From positions 5,968 through 69,967 of the forward strand of contig NMRA01000273.1 of assembly GCA_002633005.1 (NCBI GenBank): a stretch of DNA of 64,000 nucleotides, in the 5' to 3' direction. Under the pieces are notes generated by a model. The model saw only the letters and a list, made by a program, of their open reading frames with translations. It searched no databases and was not told the origin of the DNA. Both the position numbers and the translations under genes were made by a program. This document shows positions 1 to 11,805 of this stretch, one piece after another. Source of the stretch: Phoronis australis (taxonomy: Eukaryota; Animalia; Phoronida). Position 1 is the first letter of the stretch. Every line of letters begins with the position of its first letter.

Positions 1-976
1 GTCGTGATAAGGAGACTGGACTATGTGGACGCGAAGCGCGACAGCGGAGTCAGGGCAGAACTGCTCGCAAGATATTGTGTCTTGAGCGAAGTCCTCCTCG
101 GTGGCCTAGTCAACGTCGGTGGACCGCGCCTTGAAAAAGGAGCGCTTGTCGTCAGGTGGGAGGAACGGGCACCGAGACAAGAAGTGGTCTGAGGGAGTGT
201 GGCGGGCCGTGGTGCATAAGACGCTCGACGGGGTTCTACGGCGGCGAGGGGGGTTTGTCTTCGAGCTGGTTATGTGCATGGAGCGAGTGTCCTCGATGCA
301 CCTAAGCTCATCAAGTAGTGAGTTCATAGCTTGAGAAATTTCAGTCTCGATGGAGGCAAGGGACTTGTTGCGCAACTCCGCGCCATATCGTTGCTTAACA
401 AGTTGGGGTAAACCTGGGTTGACCATCTGTAACCATAAGAACACAACAGTATTTTCGAAGGAGGGAGTCATGTCTTCGTCGATGTCGACAGCCTCGCCAT
501 GATGCGTTATGCCACACCCAACGGTGAGTACGTTATCCTCAAAAAAGGCAGTGAGGCGCTGGAATAGGTCTTTATGACGTTCATTTGGATCTAATGATAT
601 GAGTCCCAGGTCTAAGAAATGTGCTCCTGTGGAAGCGAATCCGAAATGCTGGCGGATTTTCTGCCAAATGTCCTGGACAGAGGTGGATGACTTCATGATA
701 GAATTACGGGATATGACGGGACAAAAATTGGCAACTTGTCCCAGCATGAGCTCTAAATGAGCCAGTTTCATGTGAGCAGAACGCCGCTGCGGTTCTGGGG
801 TGTCACGCAGTGGAGCAGCGGTTGTCTTTTTTAGCCAGCTAACGCCATCGACAAGAAATGGCGCAGTGAGGGTCCAATGAAAGGATGTATAATAAATTCT
901 GCCTCCAGCTATCAAATGAAGTAATGGTCTCATTTTTAGTGAGCAGCCATTGTTTTGGAGCTCGGGTTGTAGCCAT
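1..976 (-). mobile_element. Ty3/Gypsy-like LTR retrotransposon gag(-pol) region, degenerate, continues beyond left edge
   Basis: ATG at 976 gives [37 protein letters not shown] frameshift near 865 leads into the 300-aa ORF ([13 protein letters not shown]...LELMLGQVANFCPVISRNSI...QHFGFASTGAHFLDL), ending in a degenerate zinc knuckle (LCTTARHTPSDHFLSRCPFLP). There is an in-frame stop at 106-108, then ...LRVHIVQSPY. The motifs are recognised from invertebrate Gypsy-type polyproteins. Confidence 0.75.
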
Positions 977-977
977 G

Positions 978-1190
978 TCGCTGCCACCACGCCAGATAAA
1001 CTAGACAAAGAGTTATTAGTTTAACGAGTTTAATTCGCAGCCGACAACACAACGAGGCGGAACTGTAAGGGCTCTCACCAAACACAGTCGTACGAATAAC
1101 AATGCAATGGCGCTTTCTCTTTGGTGAGACATGGGGACCGTTCCCCAAAGCAAAACACTAGCAAGTGAAAGCTAGCGTGAAAAGGCACAT
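978..1190 (-). repeat. Putative primer-binding site and 5' LTR of the Gypsy element
   Basis: The minus strand reads TGGTGGCAGCG just before the gag ATG (PBS-like), with an ATTAAA upstream. The LTR boundary is approximate and no second LTR is in the window. Confidence 0.35.
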
Positions 1191-1385
1191 GGTTTGTGAG
1201 GCTTGGTGATATCTGGCGACTACTCGCGGAATCTAGTCCTACGGAACGTACCGGTAGCTGTTTTCGTCAGTGATCTTCTTACGCTTTCTGGTGTCTTCTT
1301 AGTGCACACTTTTACCTTTAAAATAATTGAACATGATGTCAGGAGAAGAAGGGATTGACTTGCGGTTCTTTAGGCAAGCTTTCTC

Positions 1386-2561
1386 TGCGTGACCTCCAAG
1401 TCAAATTATTTTGACACTGTAAGCCAGTTTCTACGCTTGCGAAATCCTCAAAAAGTGAGCTACGACAGCTTTATCGTCTGATTTAAAACTTTAATGGTTT
1501 TTTTGCTGACGTGCACATGATCATGGTAAGGAATTATTAAGCTCTTGATAATAGATACCATACATTTCAGGAAACGGGCAACAGCCTATGAAGTGCGAAA
1601 AGTGTTGCCAAAGGGACTGCACACTGTTGTTGCTGCCATGTCGCCACCTGTGCTGCACGAGTTGTGTGAACAAGGTAGAGAAGTGTCCGTGCTGCGACAA
1701 AGTAATCACACGGAAAATGAAAGTCGATAATAAGCCCGGCCGTCTGTAAATGTTGTACAAGTTGTGCAAGACTGCAATTAAGTTCAACAAATTTTCCCAA
1801 CACATACTTTTGCATTGTTTGCGTGTTGGTCTGTGCGTAGGTATCCTTGTTACAACGTGGTTTCTCCGCCTCTTCTATAGTATAACATTTGACAAAATTT
1901 TCCTTCTTTCACGGGTAGGCTGAAGCTTCATTTTAGTGTGAGAATACTTCGACGTAAGTTAATTCACAAGCAAATATTGTCGATAATTAAGGACTACATG
2001 TCTTTTTGAACCCACTTGTTCCACGGGTGCTCAGCTTTGATTTTCCAAATTTAGACGAAGTGTATGCTTTCCAAATGATTATTTGAGTGGTACATGTAAT
2101 AGCTTTGAATAAGTTCACTTTTATAATTTTGAAAATCACTCGATAAGCGATTGTGATGGACAAATTTCAGGTTACCCTGCTGGGAAATATCATGATCTCG
2201 GTGACATTACTCGAGAATTTGCTTCAAACTTGACCAATAAAATCGTGTGAATTATGAGAGTTTACTCAAACAGGGCTGTCAATCTTCCTCCCCCACGACC
2301 TGTTCGAAAATTATCGTAAACAGCGTCTTTTTTCTCATTACAGCAGTTCTTTTCTTGCCATCAACCATATTTTATCCTCCTTACTCAGCTGATTTCTCAT
2401 TGAGCACATTTTGTTTCTTAAAAACGGCGTTCTTTTCTTCGAACGTTTTCGAGGACTTCTGTGATTAATTTCGGATTGACTTTCACCATTGTTGATCTAC
2501 GTTTTATTCGTAACGAAGTATAATAGATAAACCAGGGCTCCTGGCCCTAAGGTGGCACTCA
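1386..2561 (+). repeat. Segmental duplication block A1 (copy of about 41366-42543)
   Basis: Near-identical sequence from tcaaattattttgaca to ggccctaaggtggcactca in both places. This copy ends at a single N (2562). Confidence 0.95.
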
Positions 2562-2562
2562 N

Positions 2563-5500
2563 ATGCAGTAAGCGGAACTGAAAGAAAATTAAGCTTGTGT
2601 CATTCGTACATTCATGTGGAAGTTTGTAATAGAAGTTCGACATCTTCTGTGATAGCGAAAATCCCAATACTTCGAATTTCTTTTGAGCCGATGGTATTAT
2701 GTCATTTTTGCACAGAATATGGTAAGAATCCTGACACCCCTTTTTCGTCAAAATAATATTTTTGAGGGAAAAAGGTACAAGTGGTCCATATACCTTTTTT
2801 AGTATTAAGTTTTTGGAAAACGTTTTCAGGTATTTTTTTATTGCACTGACAATTGAATAATATTTGAGAAAGCTGACATTAATATGATGAATCGTCTGGA
2901 AACTTTCAAAGGTGTAGAAGTTACCATTCCAGTCTAAAAAATCGTTCACAAATATTATACCTTTTTCAACGAATGACTCATAAATACAAGGGCTGTAATA
3001 TTACGGTTATACTACTGTTGGCCCACACATTAATTAACACCGCATCTTTGTGGTCTGAAATAGTTTGTTTGTGAATTAAGAGGCTCCAATACTGGAAGCA
3101 TTCTGCCCAAAAAGAGTTACAATTATCCGATCTAGTTAATCTATAGTCTCCATAGTTCAACATTCCATCTTTAGTAAGCCCGATATCTTTTTGCAACAAA
3201 TAAGTCCATGGGGATGTTGTTAAAAAGAATCTTCTAATCTATGAAATTTTTAAAGACATATTAAATTTTTTGACATCAACCATCATCAATCCACCCCCTT
3301 CTATGGATTTAATGAGTACTCCTCTTATTTTATCAGGTTTTCCGTCCCAAATGAATTTAAAAGTTTCAATATCTCTAAAAGTAGTATCATTGGGACTTGG
3401 TAGCAGCATTAGCAGATGTATAATTTTTGGAAGCACAAGTGTTTTTAATACTGTGACCTTCCCAAAGATAGTCAGCTTTCTACGAGACCATATATTAACC
3501 AGACTCTTCATTTCCATTATTTTTGCATCGAAGTTATCTTTGGGCATGGTATCCAAGTTCACGTTGAAATTAATACCCAGAAGCTTAAAATCAACGTCAC
3601 CCCATTTTAGTTTTCAACGCGTGCGGTGAAACACTTCTTGAGAGAATTTTCTACTTCCAATCCACACTACTTATATCTTAGAATAGTTTATCTTCAGCCC
3701 CGACATCCTTGCATAGAGCTCTAGGTTATTCATAAGTGCTGCCAGGGATCTTGGAGTTTCGTCTAACGTGAAAGTTGTCATCTGCGTATTGTGTTATAAC
3801 GAAGTCTTCGTCGCCGATTTTAATACCTTTCACGTCAGGATCATGTTTAATCAATATGGACAAAATTTCAGTACACAGTATAAAAATATAAGGGGAGAGA
3901 AGATCACCTTGTCGACATCCGCGTTCTAGTATGAAGTTGTCTGACAGAAATCCATTTTGTATGACACGGGCAATTGGTTTATTATAAAATGTTCTTATAT
4001 ATCGAATTATATTGGCTTTGAAATTGAAATTGTTCAGGACTTTGAATATAAAGTCCCAGGAAACATTATCAAAAGCCTTCTCAAAATCTATCAACACAAG
4101 TAGTCCTGGGATGTTGTATTTGTCTGTATACCTCATAATATCATAAATTAGTCTTGTGTTCTCAGCCATGAATCTTCCTTTAATAAATCCAGCTTGGGTA
4201 TTTGAAATCAGTTTATCTAGGACTTTTTTAATTCTGTTTGCAACGCATCCCGAAGCCAGTTTGTATACACTATTCAGTAAAGATATTGGTCGCCAGTTTT
4301 TCAGAAACTGTTTCGGCTTGTCTGGTTTTGGAATAGATGTAATAATTCCAGTCCGTTGAGTTGTGGACATTTGTCCCTTTTCAAAACTATATTTAATGTG
4401 CCGCAATACTAAATATTTTATGTCTTCCCAAAAGAACTTCAAAAATTCCATCGTAAAGCCATCAGAGCCTGGACTTTTCTCATTTTTTGTATTTTTTAAA
4501 ACCTCAAATAATTCATCAATATTAATTTCATTTTATAGTTGGATTCCCTCCAACTCCGAAAGTACCGGGAACCGACAATGTCTAAGTACATTATTCAACA
4601 TTTCTTCGCTCTCAGACCTCGAAGAATATAATTTCTTANNNNNNNNNNNNNNNNNNNNNNNNNNNNNNNNNNNNNNNNNNNNNNNNNNNNNNNNNNNNNN
4701 NNNNNNNNNNNNNNNNNNNNNNNNNNNNNNNNNNNNNNNNNNNNNNNNNNNNNNNNNNNNNNNNNNNNNNNNNNNNNNNNNNNNNNNNNNNNNNNNNNNN
4801 NNNNNNNNNNNNNNNNNNNNNNNNNNNNNNNNNNNNNNNNNNNNNNNNNNNNNNNNNNNNNNNNNNNNNNNNNNNNNNNNNNNNNNNNNNNNNNNNNNNN
4901 NNNNNNNNNNNNNNNNNNNNNNNNNNNNNNNNNNNNNNNNNNNNNNNNNNNNNNNNNNNNNNNNNNNNNNNNNNNNNNNNNNNNNNNNNNNNNNNNNNNN
5001 NNNNNNNNNNNNNNNNNNNNNNNNNNNNNNNNNNNNNNNNNNNNNNNNNNNNNNNNNNNNNNNNNNNNNNNNNNNNAAAATATTTTATGTCTTCCCAAAA
5101 GAACTTCAAAAATTCCATCGTAAAGCCATCAGAGCCTGGACTTTTCTCATTTTTTGTATTTTTTAAAACCTCAAATAATTCATCAATATTAATTTCATTT
5201 TCTAGTTGGATTCCCTCCAACTCCGAAAGTACCGGGAACCGACAATGTCTAAGTACATTATTCAACATTTCTTCGCTCTCAGACCTCAAAGAATATAATT
5301 TCTTATAAAAATTCATCGTCTGGCATAAAATTTCCTTTTGATCCGTAATAGTTTCTCCTTCTTCTGTTTCTATAGCATATATCAGTTTACTAAAAAAAAT
5401 TCCTTGATTCTAAGTTGCAAAAATATTTGGTCGGGCGTTCTCCACTTTCAATCCAGTTTGCTCTTGATCGGACAACATAGCCCTTCAAAGTATTTCTTCT

Positions 5501-6527
5501 TAATTCTTGTAAATTGGTCTTTTTTCTTCTAAAGTTGTTAGATCACCTTCAGTCAGGTTGTCTTTGCTTTCCAGCCTGTTAATGGCTTCTTCTAAAACAC
5601 GTTCATAATTGATAAACAGAACGTCTAAGAACAACTGGTCATTAATTACGAATTGAATTTCACTGTTAGAAATTGTATCCATCATTTGATAATTGTAAAC
5701 TGGAACAGCATACTGACGTTTTACCCCAGTAATTTTTTCTTTAATCTTTAGTATATTCCAAGTCATCCAACAAAGAATTGTTAAATTTCCAAAGGCCTTT
5801 CCCTCTTAAAATTTCTTTTAATTTAACACTCAGTAGGACACCTGAATGATCGGATCTGTAACTGTTTATTATGTTAATTTTACACACACAGTGAAGTAAA
5901 TTTTTTGAAAGTAAGAAAAAGTCCAGTCTCGCCTGCTTTATAGGGTTTTTGCGTATCCATGTATAACGGTTTAAATTCTGGTGGAATTCCCGAAATGGGT
6001 CTACGAGGTCCCACATTTGTATTTGTTCTTTTAATTTCTCAATGGCATTTGGATTATTGCGTTGCTTATAGTATCGCGTGTCTTTATACTGGTCTAAAAC
6101 AAGATTGAAATCCCCACATGTAATAATTTTTTCATTACCCAACTCCTCAATTTCATTAAAAAGGTTCGAAAAAAGTCAGGTTTGTCCTCGTTTGGTCCAT
6201 ACAAGTTTACAAGCGTAATTCTCTCTCCCTCCATTGTTCTATCAAGTAATATATAATTCCCACTTTTGTCGCTTCTCCAACCGTGTATTTGATGTTCAAA
6301 ATTATTACTCAGCATTATTGCAACTCCTCTTGCATTGCTCTTGAATGAACTGAAATAGCAGGAAATTCCCACTGTAATTGGACTTGATCCTCCAAAGTCT
6401 TCACAAAATGGGTATCTTGAAGACAATAAATATCGTATGACTTATCTTTAAGGTACTTTAGAACATCAAGTCTTTTCTCGGAATCTCCAAGTCCCTGACA
6501 GTTTAAAGAAAGTATTTTAATTTCCAT
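2563..6527 (-). pseudogene. ORF2 (AP endonuclease-reverse transcriptase) of the L1/Tx1 element, several frameshifts
   Basis: EN motifs: ILSLNCQGL, CLQDTH, NLYGPNED, CGDFN, RLDFFL, SDHS. RT motifs: KSPGSDG, NWRPISLLN, IDFEKAFD, RGCRQGD, QYADD. The C-terminal region has WDGKPDK and GGGLMMVD. Confidence 0.93.
4639..5077. other. Assembly gap flanked by overlapping duplicated contig ends
   Basis: N run. 4411-4638 is repeated at 5078-5305 with about 2 mismatches. Confidence 0.9.
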
Positions 6528-7301
6528 TCTTGTTGAAATTTAATTCGTAGACTACGACTAAATTCAAGTACTGCTCTCAGTGACATTAAACATTTAACGT
6601 ATTCAATTGGATTGATTAATTTTTCTGCACATGCTTCCAGTGAATATTTGCACAGTGTTGAACATAAAAACTCGTATAAGAGAAGAAACGCAATGGACAA
6701 ACAGCTATCAAGACAAAGAAGGAAAACAAGCACTAAATGAGTGTCGATTGTAACAGCACCCACAACATATACCGCAGACAGCAGGAGCCCTGAATCTGAG
6801 AAGGCAGCCCGCATCGACAGTCATCCTATGCATGCTATAGCCCTGGGTATTTGACTAGTTACTGTAGTTATAAAGGTATACCAACATGGAACGGCAATTC
6901 AAAGGAAGAACAATAGAAGAACAATAGAAGCGCTTCGAATGAAAAAACTGCATTAGAGCACAAGCCATTGGTTACAACCATGATTTAGTTACTACCAGAT
7001 GTTCAGCATTGGCACAAAGAAAAACAGTTTAAAGCTCGTAATTACAAAAGATAACTAGCCCAGGAAAAGATTCAAATAGGAACTAAAACTTAAAAAAGCA
7101 ATTAAATAAGCAGATAGCTGAATAGAGAAACTGAAATACCAGATTAACATGAAATACATGTAAAAGTACTAGTATCATATCACGAGACAACACTGATATC
7201 AGTCTACGCAAACGCATTTAATGCTAAACATATAAACGCCGCTTAAAATATTAACCCAATTCCGCACAACTAGCTATATTAAGTAACCATATGCCGTCAT
7301 T

Positions 7302-7687
7302 TTACTCACAGTTCAACACCCGTTCAGGCGTTGGCGTCTGGCGCCGACTCTTCCTAAGTCCTTCCACAAACTCGTTTACTTGTTCCATTCGCATCATTTC
7401 TTGATAAGAATCATTCATCTTCTTGATGAATATCTTCCCATCTCTCACGTATGCCGACTTGATGTGTCCCTGTTTCACTAATCTGCGACACTCTGCAAAA
7501 ATAGCAGCTTTCCTCTTTGTGAGGTTTTCATTGATATATATTTTTCGCACCGAGGCACGCCCTTGATCCATCTGTTTAACCGCAAGTGTCGATCTTTTCT
7601 TCAGAAATTCTGTTCGCTTACGATAACTAGTAAACTTAGCGATGATCGGTCTAGGTTTACCCCTGGCAACTTTTGTTTTATTATAGC
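7302..7687 (-). pseudogene. C-terminal part of LINE ORF1 nucleic-acid-binding protein
   Basis: PRPIIAKF...KIYINENLT...RDGKIFIK, typical of the LINE ORF1 C-terminus. It lies upstream of ORF2 on the same strand. Confidence 0.8.
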
Positions 7688-8419
7688 TTTTTCTCAAAAA
7701 TTTACATATTAGGACAGAGGTTGATTAAAATTTTGTGCCCCTAAAATGGTGCACTTTAAGAACCAAACTGAAATCATTTGTTTCAGTGTCGTAAAGCATT
7801 TAGAACACAAACGAAACATTTATTATCCTTTGTAGTTTACAAACGTTTTAGTTACCAACTTTTGTTATCATTTTAAAAAACCATCTGATCTCAAACACCT
7901 AGCTTCAACTGTTGCTCATGAACGAATTGGAGTGAAATCAGAATCACAATTTTGACACACGTAGTAAGCCTCCCTAGATCTATCTGGTTCGCGTGGCTAA
8001 TTCCTGCAAGACATACACTGGATTTAAAGCTCCCATCATTTGGAGGTTTAAAATGAATCAGACAAGACTAATCGCCGTCCTCTGAACAGTCTGTAGCCTA
8101 CCCTTTTCTCAAGTTAGGCCCAACAGTTTTTTCCTTCAAAGCCCCTAGTTATTTCTTTTTTTAATTTATCCAGATACTGTCTTCTGAGTGTTTTTACAGT
8201 AGCAAAATCAATCGCTTCCGTTATTGTGTTTGTGGTTGCGTTCCTTATGAATATCCGGTTTTGGATGTGTTTCATTTAGGCTGAGTAAAGGAGAGCTTCG
8301 TGGTAGGCACTGGTGGCATGTTGCGTGTTCTCACCGTAATGGATGTGTAGGCCTACCTCTACCGTAAGTGACTGAAACCTGACAAGCAAAAACCCGTATT
8401 TTTCGCTCGGTAACATTGC

Positions 8420-9530
8420 CAGTTGCTGTCATTTCGATGTCAACATGTACTAGTCTGCCATGTGAAAAACACGACAGGCAAACGATTGGAACGGAATACT
8501 AGCTTGTTGAGACCGTCTTTACTCATTCCTCAAGGAGGATTGTTACACAACCGAGAGATCCGAATTGAACTCTTTTGTCCAGATCTGTAATGCTACTTGT
8601 TGCTTTCCTAGTACAAGTGAACTGTCTCCACCGATTATAATCGAGCTGGAAGACGTCACTGTTGAAGAAACGTGGTCCCCTCGGTTGGAATAATTCTTGT
8701 GTGTTGCTATGAGTCTGAATCTTCGCATGTGCGGGGAACACTGTCAACACTTTATCTACTGACATGGCATGAAACCGGCTCTTGGATGTGTTGCCACGTA
8801 TCTAAACTCTCGAGTGTACAACGAACTCTGTCGGCACTTTCTATATAATTCACAGGAGTGTCTCGGTAAAACTGGTTCTATCTGGTTTTGAATGTCCAAA
8901 ATTGATCTGGGTAGCACTGTGTTATACACGCAGGACTCACTGCATGCGCATAATCCCGTTTTTACATCATTTTTGGCCATAGTGAGATTGAGAAACGGAA
9001 ATCGCAGCACAAATAAAAAAAGTTCATGTTCATTCAACGTTTCATTGATTAACTATACTGATCATCTTTTTGGGTTGGCACACAGTACCGGTAGTGTTGG
9101 AGGGGTGGTTCATCCGTAAAACACAACAGCGTCCCATACATAGGTCAGTTTCCTGCAATTGCTCAGAAGAGTATCCATAAATTTGTTAAGCTTTATTGTA
9201 TTTATTTTAAAATTCGTTTGATTTTCACTAGCCTTAAGTTCAAAATTCTGTTTTCGCCTAAAGACCGTTTACCTTTGTTCACACGCTGACATGTCGTATA
9301 TGAATTATGTTGTGCAGGCTGTGGTGCCTGTTATGATGGAGAAACGTGTGGACAATTGAATACACGTATAACTGAGCACGTGTCAGAGGTTCTGCATGAT
9401 AATCCAAAGTACTCAGTGTCCAATTTTATTATCTTGGACAGTACGAGGACAGACTATAGGAGGCCTTGTATATTCAGTTGATAAAACCATTCCTGAATGT
9501 GCAAGTGCACCACCTTGGCCTCACAATGTT
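8420..9530 (+). mobile_element. Degenerate Penelope-like retroelement (RT remnants plus GIY-YIG endonuclease)
   Basis: KDRLPLFTR.HVVYELCCAGCGACYDGETCGQLNTRITEH is a GIY-YIG signature of Penelope-like elements. Upstream RT-like scraps are SFDV and HFLYNSQ. Boundaries are approximate. Confidence 0.65.
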
Positions 9531-10098
9531 TTGAGGTGTGTTCTGGAGCAGAGCCTTCTTTAACCTTGTGTTATTGACCTACTATGTCTCACACCTGCAT
9601 GACCTTTTACTAATTACCTTGACCTTTACGTCATGCTGGTTCTTGTACCTTTGAGAATGAGGAGTGCACCTAAAAACATGTCATGAAAATGAAGTTGTGT
9701 ACACTATGGCTATTCATTAAATGCATCTGAGTAGTCGAATATTTGCAAAAATACTCGGTCGAAGTACATGTAGACCAATAAGCTGTCAAAAGACCAAACT
9801 TTTGACTTCATGTCTGTACTAAACTAGACCAATATTATCAAATCAACTTGGTTTTACATTCACACATTAGAAATGGCCAAAATCAACCCATTGGAAATTC
9901 GTAAAAATTCTCAACTTTCGAAAAGCCAATACTTAAATAGTAAAATATCTATTCTAAATATCAAAAATGTTTCTGGGTCTTAGGTCAGAAACACAGAAAA
10001 AAATCACAGTAGTTCCTAACTTTTAAAATGGAATTTGCAGTTATTTTTGTAATGTTCTAGTCTATCTTTATGATAGCAAGTAACAGTATATGTTAATA

Positions 10099-10160
10099 AA
10101 AACAACAATGGATTTAAATCGGTTTGACATGCTAAGCCGATTTAAATCCATTGTTGTTTT
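10099..10160. repeat. Perfect 24-bp inverted repeat (hairpin), 14-nt loop
   Basis: aaaacaacaatggatttaaatcgg / ccgatttaaatccattgttgtttt. Also present near 13325-13385 and 45615-45680. Confidence 0.9.
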
Positions 10161-11296
10161 ATCCACATATTTTATCTTTGTGCGAACTCAAGATAAGTGG
10201 CTATTATTCTGTGTTCCAGCACACAATGGCGTATGTGAGTAACTGCCTTGTGCTACATAATGACCCCATCATTAAGGCTAAAGTTCGAGTTTAAACTCGA
10301 AATTTCGCCTTTTACTCGAGTTTGTTCTTCGACTATAGGGGTCACCAAGTGCAAACTTGAACCAGAAAACGCATATGCATAAACCACAATATACTCGTCC
10401 ACAGACTAAAAGTCGTTTATCTGGAGTTTGCACAAAAGAAGAACAGAAATGCCGAATATAATGAAGTTAACGGTTGGACCCTGCTCCATGGAAAAGGTTT
10501 TTGTGGGTCATAAATACCGCCAGACCAGTAATATCTGTTTACGCTAGAGCCTATCCATGGCGTTTTCTCATGATCTGATAACTAAAAGATCCCATTGATA
10601 GGGATTTAAACCTTTTACATACGTATCTTAATGATGCATTTGCATACTCCTAACTATGCTCATGAATAACAAGAACTAAACGACAATGCTATTTGAACAT
10701 CATCTTCGCTAAACAAAGTGCAGTTCTATTCACTGACAACTTGTAAATGTGAAAACAAAAATTTTGCAAATAGGTGTCCTTAGGTTATGGACAACAGATT
10801 CGCAACTCCTGCATTTTCTTGCAAAATATCCTAGAAGAGGCGCCACCCTCTAAACATAGCAAACTCATCTTCCGATTAAGTGTATTGTGACGGGAAATTC
10901 TTCCATATATTTTACTGTCTAGTACAACGAAAAAAGAAATAATATCGTCATTGAAACGCTGTTCATGGTCTTCCCACAGTAGAGTCAAGAAATTTTGACC
11001 GGCACCGGCGTGCATTTGCGCGCTCGAATGCACGCTGGTGCCCCTCAAAATTAAAAAGTGAATCCTCCCGTGGAGTATGTAAACTGCTGTTAAAATGCAA
11101 GATTGGTTTTTAGTAAGTGTGGTGGTTATTTCTGGAGTATTGATATGAGCTGTATTTAGAAGTTAATATTTTACGAGCGTTCAATTTATTTAAACGCGGA
11201 TGAGAATTGGGCAAAATCGCCGATCCAAATCCCGACGAAATGACCAATGACTAGCAGACGACGTACTTGCCGGAAGTAAAAGTGTGCCATATCTGC

Positions 11297-11465
11297 CCGC
11301 CTTCCATTCAGTAACGCTAGGACCTCGCTAAAAATCAAGACTTCACGAGATTACGTGAGATATTGCCGGGCATTTCAAATGAGAACACGTGACTTTGACT
11401 AGGTTTTATCTAGGTCCTAGCGTAGGTCCTAGCGTAGGTCTTAGCGTCTACTGAACGCACGGCCG
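11297..11465. mobile_element. Small MITE-like insertion with (TAGGTCCTAGCG)x3
   Basis: Inverted ends ttcagtaacgctaggacct / aggtc(c/t)tagcgtctactgaa. Present here and at about 14521-14690, absent at the homologous site near 46813. Confidence 0.65.
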
Positions 11466-11583
11466 GTGTCGCTAGTCAGTGAATAATGACGTCACGGCTT
11501 GTGCGTATGATCACAGATTTCCGAGTCATCCATTTAATATTAACAGAGTTGGCCGTCCATGTACTATAGTCGATCTATGGCAG

Positions 11584-11805
11584 GTGGACGTGACTCTGGG
11601 TCTGGAGGAAACGGATTCTTTAGGAGGAATGCCAGGAAAATTGCTATTGGTGCTGGTGTTTTGGTAGGAGCTCCAATAGCTGTGGTAGGAGCCCCTCTGG
11701 TGCTAGGTGCTGCAGGATTTGCATCTGGAGGGATTGCTGCGGGATCATTGGCAGCTTCGATGATGTCGTCAGCTGCTATCGCCAACGGAGGAGGCATCGC
11801 CGCTG
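11584..11805 (+). pseudogene. IFI27: Orphan IFI27/ISG12-like (Ifi-6-16 domain) exon, paralog 2
   Basis: cag|GT...GCTG|gtaag, phase 1-1 exon encoding GRDSGSGGNGFFRRNARKIAIGAGVLVGAPIAVVGAPLVLGAAGFASGGIAAGSLAASMMSSAAIANGGGIAAG. It is followed by an intron homologous to 37883-38560 that stops at the N at 12488. Partner exons are not seen, so pseudogene status is unproven. Confidence 0.8.

Larger units (their letters stand above)
2563..7687 (-). mobile_element. L1/Tx1-clade non-LTR retrotransposon, 5'-truncated and frameshifted
   Basis: Contains an ORF1 fragment plus ORF2 (APE endonuclease and RT). It is absent from the duplicate copy, where 43185 continues directly as ttttctcaaaaatttacatatt. Confidence 0.92.
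7688..11583 (+). repeat. Segmental duplication block A2 (copy of about 43185-46931)
   Basis: Colinear high identity with indels throughout. The same spurious ORFs recur (MSKIDLGSTVLY, MRGTSVHSSAQ). Confidence 0.95.

Noticed and set aside
4363-5316. Long ORFs spanning poly-X
   Set aside because: Artefacts of the N gap. Only the minus-strand L1 ORF2 part is real.
10785-11048. 87-aa ORF MRGTSVHSSAQ recurring three times (also 14011, 46302)
   Set aside because: Recurrence is due to the segmental duplication. It has a TTG start, no recognisable domain, and lies in a repeat-like insertion.
11410-11450. 12-bp repeat x3 as CRISPR-like array
   Set aside because: No spacers, eukaryotic context, part of a MITE end.
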